Positions 55,187 to 64,000 of a DNA stretch of 64,000 bases are shown here, piece after piece. The DNA is from Schmidtea nova (Eukaryota). The stretch covers positions 45,570,001 to 45,634,000 of the forward strand of contig CM097883.1 of assembly GCA_044892505.1 (NCBI GenBank), written 5' to 3'. The translations under genes and the position numbers were made by a program. The notes under the pieces were generated by a model, which was given only the letters and a program-made list of their open reading frames with translations, was not told the origin of the DNA and did no database searches. The stretch's first letter is position 1. Each line of letters starts with the position of its first letter.

Positions 55187-56347
55187 ATGGAAAACGCAAA
55201 TGGACATGTAATCGAAGAGGAAACGAGAAACGAGATGTCAAACGAACAAGAAGCAATAGAAAGAGAAATCGAAAGGAGATGTAAAATGGAAGTGGAACAA
55301 AGAACCAGAGAATTACACGAAGTGATGACAAACAATTTCTACGAGAAACTGAAATGCGAAAGACAAATGGAGTTATATCAACTAGAACTCGAGGAAGTGA
55401 ATAAAGAGATAGTACAACTGACAACACAAATAGAGAAGCTTGAAGGAACGAATGTACGAAGTCGACAGAAGATAGAAGAGACCTATCAAATGATGAGAAA
55501 ACAAGCAGAACATTATAAAAATATGATGAAAACGCGAAGAGAAGAGAGGGAGAAACAAGAGGAAAAAATGGAGGTAAAAATACTAGCAATCAAAACTCAA
55601 GCGAGACATTGGAAGATGGAGTCGAAACGAGTATATAAAGAAGCCAAAGAGATAATCAGAAAGACAGCATACAGCGAAGATTGGAAACTGTATCAAGAGA
55701 TAGACGAATTGAAAGAGGAATTAGAACAGAGAAAGCGACAAGAACAGACAAACAAAGAATGGAGTCGAAAACGGCAACGATTTATTCGAGAGCAAGCGAA
55801 GGAACTAAAGAAAACGCAATGGCAAATACAGATGATAAATGGAGAAATGCGAGGCATTAGACAAAGAGAAGAAGCGGAAAGACAAAAGTTGATCAGGGAA
55901 AAAGAAAGTCTGGAAAGAGATGTAAATGGTTATCAAGGGGTGGTGACCCAAAAGAAAATGGAACTGAAAGCTGTGAAGGAAAGACATGCGGAATCAAACC
56001 GAGCTTACGAGGAGAATATAACGAATTTGACGAAAGAAAATGAGGAACTGAAACAGCAGATAATAACCCTGAAAGCAGAGAAAGAAACCACAGAAGTAGA
56101 AACCGAACCAACAGAAGTAGAAGACATGAAGAGAAAAGTGGAAGAGATGGAAAGACAAATTGAAACTCTGAGCGAACAATCAGACTATATGGAGTATCTG
56201 TTAGATGAAGAGATACAAATCTCTCGAACGTATCAAGATGAAATTGCAATGTGGAGAAGCAGAGTGGTGTGGTTACCATTTATACCACCACCACCAATGG
56301 AGCTCCAAGATGAAGGGTTTCATGAACCAGAGGAGACGGATGTGTAA
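55187..56347 (+). CDS. Long coiled-coil (SMC/myosin-like) protein ending in ETDV
   Basis: 386-aa E/K/R/Q-rich heptad ORF with a PPPP motif near the C-terminus. Confidence 0.7.
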   Translation: MENANGHVIEEETRNEMSNEQEAIEREIERRCKMEVEQRTRELHEVMTNNFYEKLKCERQMELYQLELEEVNKEIVQLTTQIEKLEGTNVRSRQKIEETYQMMRKQAEHYKNMMKTRREEREKQEEKMEVKILAIKTQARHWKMESKRVYKEAKEIIRKTAYSEDWKLYQEIDELKEELEQRKRQEQTNKEWSRKRQRFIREQAKELKKTQWQIQMINGEMRGIRQREEAERQKLIREKESLERDVNGYQGVVTQKKMELKAVKERHAESNRAYEENITNLTKENEELKQQIITLKAEKETTEVETEPTEVEDMKRKVEEMERQIETLSEQSDYMEYLLDEEIQISRTYQDEIAMWRSRVVWLPFIPPPPMELQDEGFHEPEETDV

Positions 56348-56515
56348 AAAGAGGCGAAAAATCCGTGTGTAAAAATGTACAAATCGATGTAACAGGTATT
56401 AATCAGTAGAATAATCAGAAATGAACTGGCTCAAAACCCTACCAATCCTAACGATTATGTTAACTACAACAACAATGAACTGTTCAACAACCGAAATCCA
56501 AAGAACCCTGTCAAA

Positions 56516-56832
56516 TGAGAATCAAATATAATAAAAACCCGGATTCATTTGAAGCTGCAGATATCTAACAATTAACTTACCCTAGGACACTAGAAAGGAG
56601 CTTAAGTGGGACCGAAAGAAAGCCACAGACACCTTCTATCGGTAGTGGTGGACCCGTGAATAAACAAGGGAATAGTAGCCGAAAGGTTGCTCACCTGCCT
56701 TGTCATTTCACAACGTTGACACAGCACCAACATGATGAGTAGTTAGGGATACATCATGGGTGTCAGCGGGGGAAATGTTTTTATGTTGGCGAGATCACCC
56801 TAACGTATAAAATCATAAGGATCTCAGTTGTC
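56516..56832 (+). repeat. 3' LTR segment (317 bp, apparently identical to 33859-34175), cut by gap
   Basis: tgagaatcaaatataataaaaacccgg...ggatctcagttgtc at both sites. Confidence 0.93.
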
Positions 56833-57201
56833 NNNNNNNNNNNNNNNNNNNNNNNNNNNNNNNNNNNNNNNNNNNNNNNNNNNNNNNNNNNNNNNNNNNN
56901 NNNNNNNNNNNNNNNNNNNNNNNNNNNNNNNNNNNNNNNNNNNNNNNNNNNNNNNNNNNNNNNNNNNNNNNNNNNNNNNNNNNNNNNNNNNNNNNNNNNN
57001 NNNNNNNNNNNNNNNNNNNNNNNNNNNNNNNNNNNNNNNNNNNNNNNNNNNNNNNNNNNNNNNNNNNNNNNNNNNNNNNNNNNNNNNNNNNNNNNNNNNN
57101 NNNNNNNNNNNNNNNNNNNNNNNNNNNNNNNNNNNNNNNNNNNNNNNNNNNNNNNNNNNNNNNNNNNNNNNNNNNNNNNNNNNNNNNNNNNNNNNNNNNN
57201 N

Positions 57202-57392
57202 ATGACTATAGATCAAAATATTTTTTTATAAACAATAACACAATATTTCGGCACAGCCTTTATCAAGTGTGTATAAAGAAATACACACTTGATAAAGGCT
57301 GTGCCGAAATATTGTGTTATTGTTTATAAAAAAATATTTTGATCTATAGTCATTATGAGAATTATTGATAATAATAATAAAAAAAGATCAAA
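57202..57392. mobile_element. Head-to-head inverted pair of Penelope pLTR fragments, each with the hammerhead motif
   Basis: 57202-57274 is the reverse complement of ~57281-57353; same sequence as 18380-18490; flanked by gaps. Confidence 0.85.
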
Positions 57393-57627
57393 NNNNNNNN
57401 NNNNNNNNNNNNNNNNNNNNNNNNNNNNNNNNNNNNNNNNNNNNNNNNNNNNNNNNNNNNNNNNNNNNNNNNNNNNNNNNNNNNNNNNNNNNNNNNNNNN
57501 NNNNNNNNNNNNNNNNNNNNNNNNNNNNNNNNNNNNNNNNNNNNNNNNNNNNNNNNNNNNNNNNNNNNNNNNNNNNNNNNNNNNNNNNNNNNNNNNNNNN
57601 NNNNNNNNNNNNNNNNNNNNNNNNAAT

Positions 57628-57775
57628 CCAAATATATATTTTGCACAATATATTTCGAGAACTTAATTCTCTTCATCAGTTGCTACCCAGTCTTACATTC
57701 AAATATATTTTGCACAATATATTTCGAGAACTTAATTATCTTCATCAGTTGCTACCCAGTCTTACATTCAAATAT
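57628..57775 (+). repeat. Two tandem ~66-bp units
   Basis: aaatatattttgcacaatatatttcgagaactta...cagtcttacattc twice. Confidence 0.85.
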
Positions 57776-58000
57776 AAATCAAATAAATCGATTTTTTTAA
57801 ACGAATTAGTATTAATTTTTAAAATAAAATATATATTTTAAATTCCATATTATAGTTAAAAAATTTAAATCGATAAAAAAATTTTTAATTTAATTAAATT
57901 AATCTTAAAAATATAGTAAGTAATGTAATGAATTTTAAAAAACAATGTTGTTTAAATAATCAACAAAAACGAGTTGTTTTTTAAATAAATATTATTATTC

Positions 58001-58441
58001 TTGATGTCTTATATTAAGATAGTTACTGGCGACCACGCCGAAATTAACGTAGTTAAAATACGTAGCCAAGATAAGAAATCGGCAAGAGATGTTTTACCAA
58101 AGAAGGCTCAAGAAAACTTAGACGTTGAAAGTCGTAGATACGATGGAAAATGCGCTAAGGAAGCAGAAAAATGGAACAAAATGATCGATGATTGGATTAT
58201 AAGAAATGATCTAAAACGGACGGAAGCTTTTGATTTGTTGTTATCGGAAGAAGCGTCAATCTTGTGGAAGAATTTCAAAACCGAAGACACATCAGAGGAT
58301 GATGCTAGAGAATGGTTTATAGAAACATTCACTATTAAAAAGTCAATATTAGATAAAATCAAGGATCTTGCAACTATCAGACAAGATGACAACGAACATT
58401 TTACTACTTTCGAGATTCGAGTTCTCAAAATCGTGGAATGA
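58001..58441 (+). pseudogene. Truncated retrotransposon Gag fragment
   Basis: RYDG..A.EAEKW...IDDW...LLLSEEASILW...EWF.ETF....IRQ..NEHFTTFE.R resembles the retrotransposon capsid pattern; breaks at 58438. Confidence 0.6.
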
Positions 58442-59117
58442 TGATATTTTGTACATATGTGATAGATTTCTATGTATTTTGTATGTATTTTTGATAATAT
58501 TTCATATATATGATGTTTTTGCATGTGACGAATTTCTATGTACTTTTTATATTTTGTGTGTAACTTTGGTGATTTTCGATGTAATTGCAGTATGATGATA
58601 TTTTGTATGTATTTTGTACAATAGCATGAGGATATTTCATGTATGTAATGATACTTTGTGATAATAATTCAAGTATGTAATGTATATTTCATGTATTTTT
58701 GATATATTTGTACTATAATTTAAGAATAATTTGTATGATTACCTCAATAGTATGATAATTTTTCATGTATTTATCATAGTGACAGAGCAATTAGTAGCAG
58801 AACATTGCAAGCAGAACCCTAGTAGCAGAACCTATTCTGTGATGGTTTTGATGTGCAAAAGCTCATTACTTGAACATATTTCTAATAATAATAAATATAC
58901 TGTTACCTAATTTTCAATGTCACTTATCATCATCATTTCAATGTAACAGTTTAGCAAAACTTTCAATCATTGGTTGGTCAATAAAATGGTTGATTTTTGC
59001 AATATAAATACAACTTGTAAATAGTATTGTTTGACGTAAATGAATAAAGAAACAAATAAAGAAACAAATAAAGTTAGTTTTAAAAATATATATATTTAAA
59101 TTAATTATTTTAAACTA

Positions 59118-59634
59118 GGTTACAGATAATTTCATTACTTTGGACAATTGGAACCAATCATTTTCAATACTTGATGACCTTTTAACATCGATTGAGAAAT
59201 GCGATATCGACATTCTTTCAAAATTATTCAAATCCTTCAATAATAAATTAATTATTGGTTTAACAGAATCATTCGGATATGATAAATCCATGATGAAATT
59301 ATCCAGTTTTATTATGATTCTAAATGATATCGATTCTACTGAATTCAATTTGAATACCATTTTCTGGTCATGTATGGAATTTCGACTTGGAAAATATCGT
59401 ACTATTATTCGAACTTTCATGCTGAATGTGGATATTTTAGAGGTAAATGTAACCAATAAATTGGAAGAAATCAAACAAAGATTTCTCACATGTTCAATAT
59501 GTAATATCAATAGAGTTGGCATTTTATATTTACCTTGTGGCCATGTCATTATTTGTTCAAAATGTTTAAAAAATATTGATAAGTGCGAATCTTGTGGTAT
59601 TAATATTGATGAATATAATGTGATATACATATAA
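59118..59634 (+). CDS. Terminal exon encoding a helical region + IAP-type RING
   Basis: Acceptor ttttaaactag before 59118; CSICNINRVGILYLPCGHVIICSKC....KCESC....IYI*. Confidence 0.7.
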
Positions 59635-59719
59635 TGTCGTACAAAATATATGTATTTTCATTTAATTTATTTTTATCATTGGCTAAGAGAATGCACTTTG
59701 TGATTAATTAATTATTAGT

Positions 59720-60480
59720 CTTTTTTTGACATCTTGTATTTGTTAACTTGGCTTGCAACTGCAATGTCTTTGTTAATCTGGCTTGCTAACAATACATNNN
59801 NNNNNNNNNNNNNNNNNNNNNNNNNNNNNNNNNNNNNNNNNNNNNNNNNNNNNNNNNNNNNNNNNNNNNNNNNNNNNNNNNNNNNNNNNNNNNNNNNNNN
59901 NNNNNNNNNNNNNNNNNNNNNNNNNNNNNNNNNNNNNNNCACTGCATGGGTATTGTAATGTCTTTGTTAAGGATTTTGGCAATGAAATGTCGTTGTTTTA
60001 TCAAATGATGCTGAATGAAGTTGAATTGTAATTAATGTTCGAGTAATAAGCTTTGGCAGATAAAAACCATCACAAAAGATGTTCTGCTACTAGGGTTCTG
60101 CTAGTAAACGTTCTGTTCGTGTCTGTGTTTAGTTATTTTAGGAATTTGGCATTGGATTGTCTTTGTTAAGGGTTTTGGCAAGGAAATGTCTTTGTTAAGA
60201 ATTTGGCATTGAAATGTCTTTGTTAAGGAATTTGGCAAGGAAATGTCTTTGTTAAGGAATTTGGCACTCAATATTCTTTGTTAAGTAATTTAAAATATCT
60301 TTGTTAAGAAATTTGGCAATGAATTGTCTTTGTTATGAAATTTGGCAATGAAATGTCTTTGTTTAGTTTTTTGGCAATGAATTGTCTTTGTTATGAAATT
60401 TGGCAATGAAATGTCTTTGTTTAGTTTTTTGGCATTGAAATGTCTTTGCTAAGAAATTTGGCAATGAAATGTCTTAAAAA
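59720..60480 (+). repeat. ~29-bp satellite (aatttggcaatgaaatgtctttgttaag)
   Basis: More than 10 degenerate tandem copies at 60130-60480, related units around the 59798-59939 gap. Confidence 0.85.
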
Positions 60481-60589
60481 AATTTGTGTTAAAAAAATTT
60501 GTTAAAAAAATTGTGTTAAAAAAAATTGTGTTAAAAAAAAATTTGAACACATCCACACACATGAATATGACCATCATACTCAACTTTCA

Positions 60590-60926
60590 ATTACCTTTTG
60601 TTTGATACATATATTAAATAGTTTTGAACCTTGGACCCTTCGAGGGTTGACCATCATACTCAACTATCAAATACCTTTCAAATGATATATATATATTATA
60701 AGGTTTGAAAAAATTTGAAGGTTTTGCACCCTTTGAAGGTTGAGCACCCACCATAGACCTTCGAAGGTATGACCATTATGTGCACATCTCAATTTCCTTT
60801 TATTTGATATATAACACACAAGGTTTAAAAAAATGTTTGAAGGTTTTGGACCCTTTGAAGGTTAATCACGCACCATAGACCTTCGAGGATATGACCAGCA
60901 TACCTACCTTTCAAATACCTTTCGAA

Positions 60927-61011
<85 letters not shown>

Positions 61012-61111
61012 TTGAAAAAGGTTGAAGGTTTTGCACACTTTGAAGATTGAGCACCCACCATAGACCTTCGAGGGTATGACCAGCATACCTACCTTTCAAA
61101 TACCTTTCGAA

Positions 61112-61196
<85 letters not shown>

Positions 61197-61450
61197 GGTT
61201 TGAAAAAGGTTGAAGGTTTTGGACCCTTTGAAGGTTGAGCACCCACCATAGACCTTCGAGGGTATGATCAGCATACCTACCTTTTAAATACCTTTCGAAT
61301 GATATATATATTATAAGGTTTGAAAAAGGTTGAAGGTTTTGCACTCTTTGAAGGTTGAGCACCCCCCATAGACCTTCGAGGGTATGACCATTGTATAGAC
61401 CTCTTTAAGACCTTTGCAATGATACCCTTGTTTGAAGGTTTGACCTTATT
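60590..61450 (+). repeat. Tandem ~115-bp units separated by variable (TA)n tracts
   Basis: aaggtttgaaaaaggttgaaggtttt...catagaccttcgagggtatgacc core about 5 times. Confidence 0.9.
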
Positions 61451-61489
61451 TAACCTTTAGAAATTCAAATTTAAAATTTGAATTTGAAA

Positions 61490-61621
61490 TGAGTCATCGA
61501 TGAGTCATTAAATGATGATGAGTCATTGATGAGTCATCGATGAGTCATAAAATTTTTTCTACCCCCGGGGGAGGGGGAAGGGGTGTCTTTGTTCTTTTTC
61601 CCCCGCCCACGCAATGAGTCA
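61490..61621. promoter_or_regulatory. Cluster of six AP-1 consensus sites (TGAGTCA)
   Basis: At 61490, 61501, 61519, 61530, 61541 and 61615. Confidence 0.5.
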
Positions 61622-61649
61622 TAATGTCTTTGTTCCCGGCTCCACACAT

Positions 61650-64000
61650 CTACCTACTCGAGCTCGATAAATTAATCACGGATTTTGCTTCAATATTTAT
61701 GGCAAACAAATTCGATTTAGGATATACCACGACGGTAGTACATAAAATTAAAACGACTGGTAATCCTGTGATGCAATATCCACGACGACAACCGATGCAT
61801 TTGGAACGGAAGGTAGATGACTTAATACAAAAGTTAGTAGAAGCAAGGGTGATCAGGCGAGGTCAGAGTCCATGGAACGCACCATTAGTCATAGTAGGAA
61901 AAAGACGGATCGATCACAATGTGTGCGGATTATCGGAGTCTAAATAGTCTGACAGAGAAGGAATCTTTTCCGATGCCGAATATCACACAGCTACTGGATT
62001 GCTTGGCCGGAGCGAGGTTTTTCTCATCATTGGATCTGGGTCAAGCATATTACCGAGTGTCATTGGCAGCAGAGTCACAGGAGAAAATCGCGTTTAGTAC
62101 GAAAAGTGGGCAGTTCTGTTTTGAGCGATTACCGTTCGGATTGACAACAGCTCCAGCTACATTTAAGAGATTCATGAATACTATGTTAGAAGGTATTCTT
62201 TTTAATGGGGCGGTGGTATATTTAGATGACATCCTCATATACGGGAGGGATAAATCGGAACATGACAGCCGACTAAAAGAAGTTTTTGAAAGAATCAGAG
62301 GTACTGACGTGAAGATAAATTCGGAGAAATGTAAGATCTACAAGGATAAGTTAATATTTTTAGGGCATACCGTGAGTGAGTTCGGTATTCAAACTAACGA
62401 AGAAAAGATACGGGTGACTAGGGAAGCTACAAGACCAAAATGTGCGAAACAACTACGCTCATTTTTGGGACTGACGAATTATTATCGAAGATTCGTCAAA
62501 GATTATGCGCGTCTGGCAGCACCACTATATGCAACAACAACGGGGTGTGATAAGACCTTACAATGGTCTCAAAAACGTGAAACAAGTTTCGAGAATTTAA
62601 AAGAAACCCTGATGAAAACACATATACTGGATTATCCTAGGATGGACAGGGTATTTGTCTTAGATACGGATGCTTGTTTTGAATCGGTAGGTGCCGTTCT
62701 GAGTCAAATCACAGAGGAAGGTAAAGAAGTAATAATTGCGTATGGGTCGAGAAACCTCACATCACACGAAAAAGGGTACTGTGTGACCAGAAAGGAACTG
62801 TTGGCATTGCATGAGTATGTTACTTATTTTCGCCAATACTTATATGGGAAGGAGTTCATAGCGAGAACCGACCAAAAGGCGCTTGTATTTATGAATACGA
62901 CAAAGAAAGCGATAAGTTCACTATTCCGAACATGGATGGTGAACTTATCAGAATATAATTTTAAATTGCAGTATCGGAAAGGAGTAGAACATGGGAATGC
63001 CGATGGATTGTCGAAAATTGGAGGAAAGTTGTGCGCACAATGTCAAACACAACACGAAGAGCCGAAGAAGGAAAGAGCTAGGGTACTAAGGAAAAGAAGG
63101 ATAAGGGTTTTCAAGGAGCATGTAATTATATCAATGAATTTTTGAATCAGGAAGAAGATTTTTTCAAGAAATCTTTCCAATATGCTCACAAATACAGATT
63201 GAAGATCAACGATGACCTAATTACCGTAGAGAGAGAATCCAATGATTTAGTAGCAGTTCCAGAGAGTCCTCAAAAACAACTGGTTAAGAAGATTCATGAA
63301 GAATTATGCCATGTGGGGGGGAAAAAGTTTTTCATTACAGGGAAAATAGTTTTTTCTGGACAAAGATGTGTGAAACAGTAAGACACGTTGTAAAAGAATG
63401 TAGTATATGTGCGAGAAGGAAAATAGATCAAGGAAGAACGAAAGAACATTTTATTCCACGCGGAAGTAACGGGTTTCTGGAACAAATCGTAGTTGATTTA
63501 GCACACATGGAAAAGACAAGGTCCGGAAAGAGATATGTGGTTGTCATAATAGATCGGTTCAGTAAATTAGTATGCCTAACTGCGACAGAAAAGCAAGACG
63601 AAATGACGATATTCCGGATTATACTTCATAATTGGATTTATAAATATGGAAAGCCAGAAAGTATTCTTTCAGACAGAGGGAAAAATTTTGAAGGCAGATA
63701 TATGAAAGAGAAATTCGAAGTTTTAGGGATTCGTCAAGAATTTTCAGTACCGTATCAACATCAATCAAATGGATTGGTAGAAAGAGTAATTCGCACGATG
63801 AGAGATCTACTGGTGACTTCAATTCTTAGTAATTCTTAGAATGGTGCGAGATATTTTCCAAGGGTCGAATTCAGCATCAATGCGACTTTTCAAAGCGCAA
63901 CTAAATATTCTCCATTTGAAGTTGTGTATGGACGGAAAGTGTCACTTCATGCCAATGGACAAGGATCAGAGATCAAAGGCCAAAGAGTTGACGAGAAAGT
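61650..64000 (+). pseudogene. pol: Second, decayed Gypsy pol (RT-RNase H-integrase) with several frameshifts
   Basis: SPWNAP, DYRSLN, FSSLDL, RLPFGL, YLDDILIYG, LDTDAC, IHEELCH, VDLAH, SDRG, YQHQSNGLVER; ORFs 61624, 61919, 63142 and 63306 in different frames. Confidence 0.92.

Larger units (their letters stand above)
30913..56832 (+). mobile_element. Giant Gypsy/Metaviridae LTR retroelement (Burro-like) with envelope and host-manipulation genes
   Basis: LTR-like unit ending ~34196, PBS 34203, PR-RT-RH-IN order, direct repeat of 33859-34175 at 56516-56832; both outer ends run into N-gaps. Confidence 0.92.

Noticed and set aside
38250-56279. Many minus-strand and alternate-frame ORFs (F/L/S-rich) over the giant element
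   Set aside because: Shadow ORFs caused by the purine-rich coding strand; no motifs.
58440-58790. Degenerate tgatgatattttgtat repeats
   Set aside because: Low-complexity decay with no defined unit or structure.
60825-61362. YIYIYI ORFs
   Set aside because: Translation of (TA)n microsatellites.
58001-64000. Gag fragment and second pol as one element split by a 3.2-kb insertion
   Set aside because: The intervening Gag C-terminus and protease are missing and no LTR or TSD links them; plausible but unsupported.

Overview
AT-rich eukaryotic (invertebrate; inferred flatworm/planarian-like) scaffold with 4 N-gaps, almost entirely nested mobile DNA. The main element is a giant (>=25 kb) Gypsy/Metaviridae-type LTR retroelement (~30.9-56.8 kb), resembling planarian 'Burro' giants. 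It has a tRNA-Pro PBS, an IAP-type RING ORF and one 4959-aa polyprotein (Gag, 3 Zn-knuckles, 2 ubiquitin-like domains, BCL2-like domain, chuvirus-like envelope glycoprotein, PR, RT, RNase H, IN, ankyrin repeats, secretory FN3-like repeats, TM). A complete TRAF gene and two coiled-coil ORFs follow. Its long LTR-like unit carries its own genes (an unannotated 'RWEG' protein, a basic coiled-coil protein and a divergent spliced gene) plus covarying RNA structures; diverged relatives occur three more times in the window. Other contents: a Helitron/Helentron with a tandemly amplified 5' end (1-10 kb), an inverted Penelope-like pair with variant hammerhead ribozymes (13.7-18.5 kb, again at 57.2 kb), a broken hAT transposon, 5' fragments of beta-tubulin and USE1, a spliced RING exon between inverted repeats, satellites, and a second decayed Gypsy pol (61.6-64 kb). 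All domain calls come from motif recognition by eye; no searches were run.
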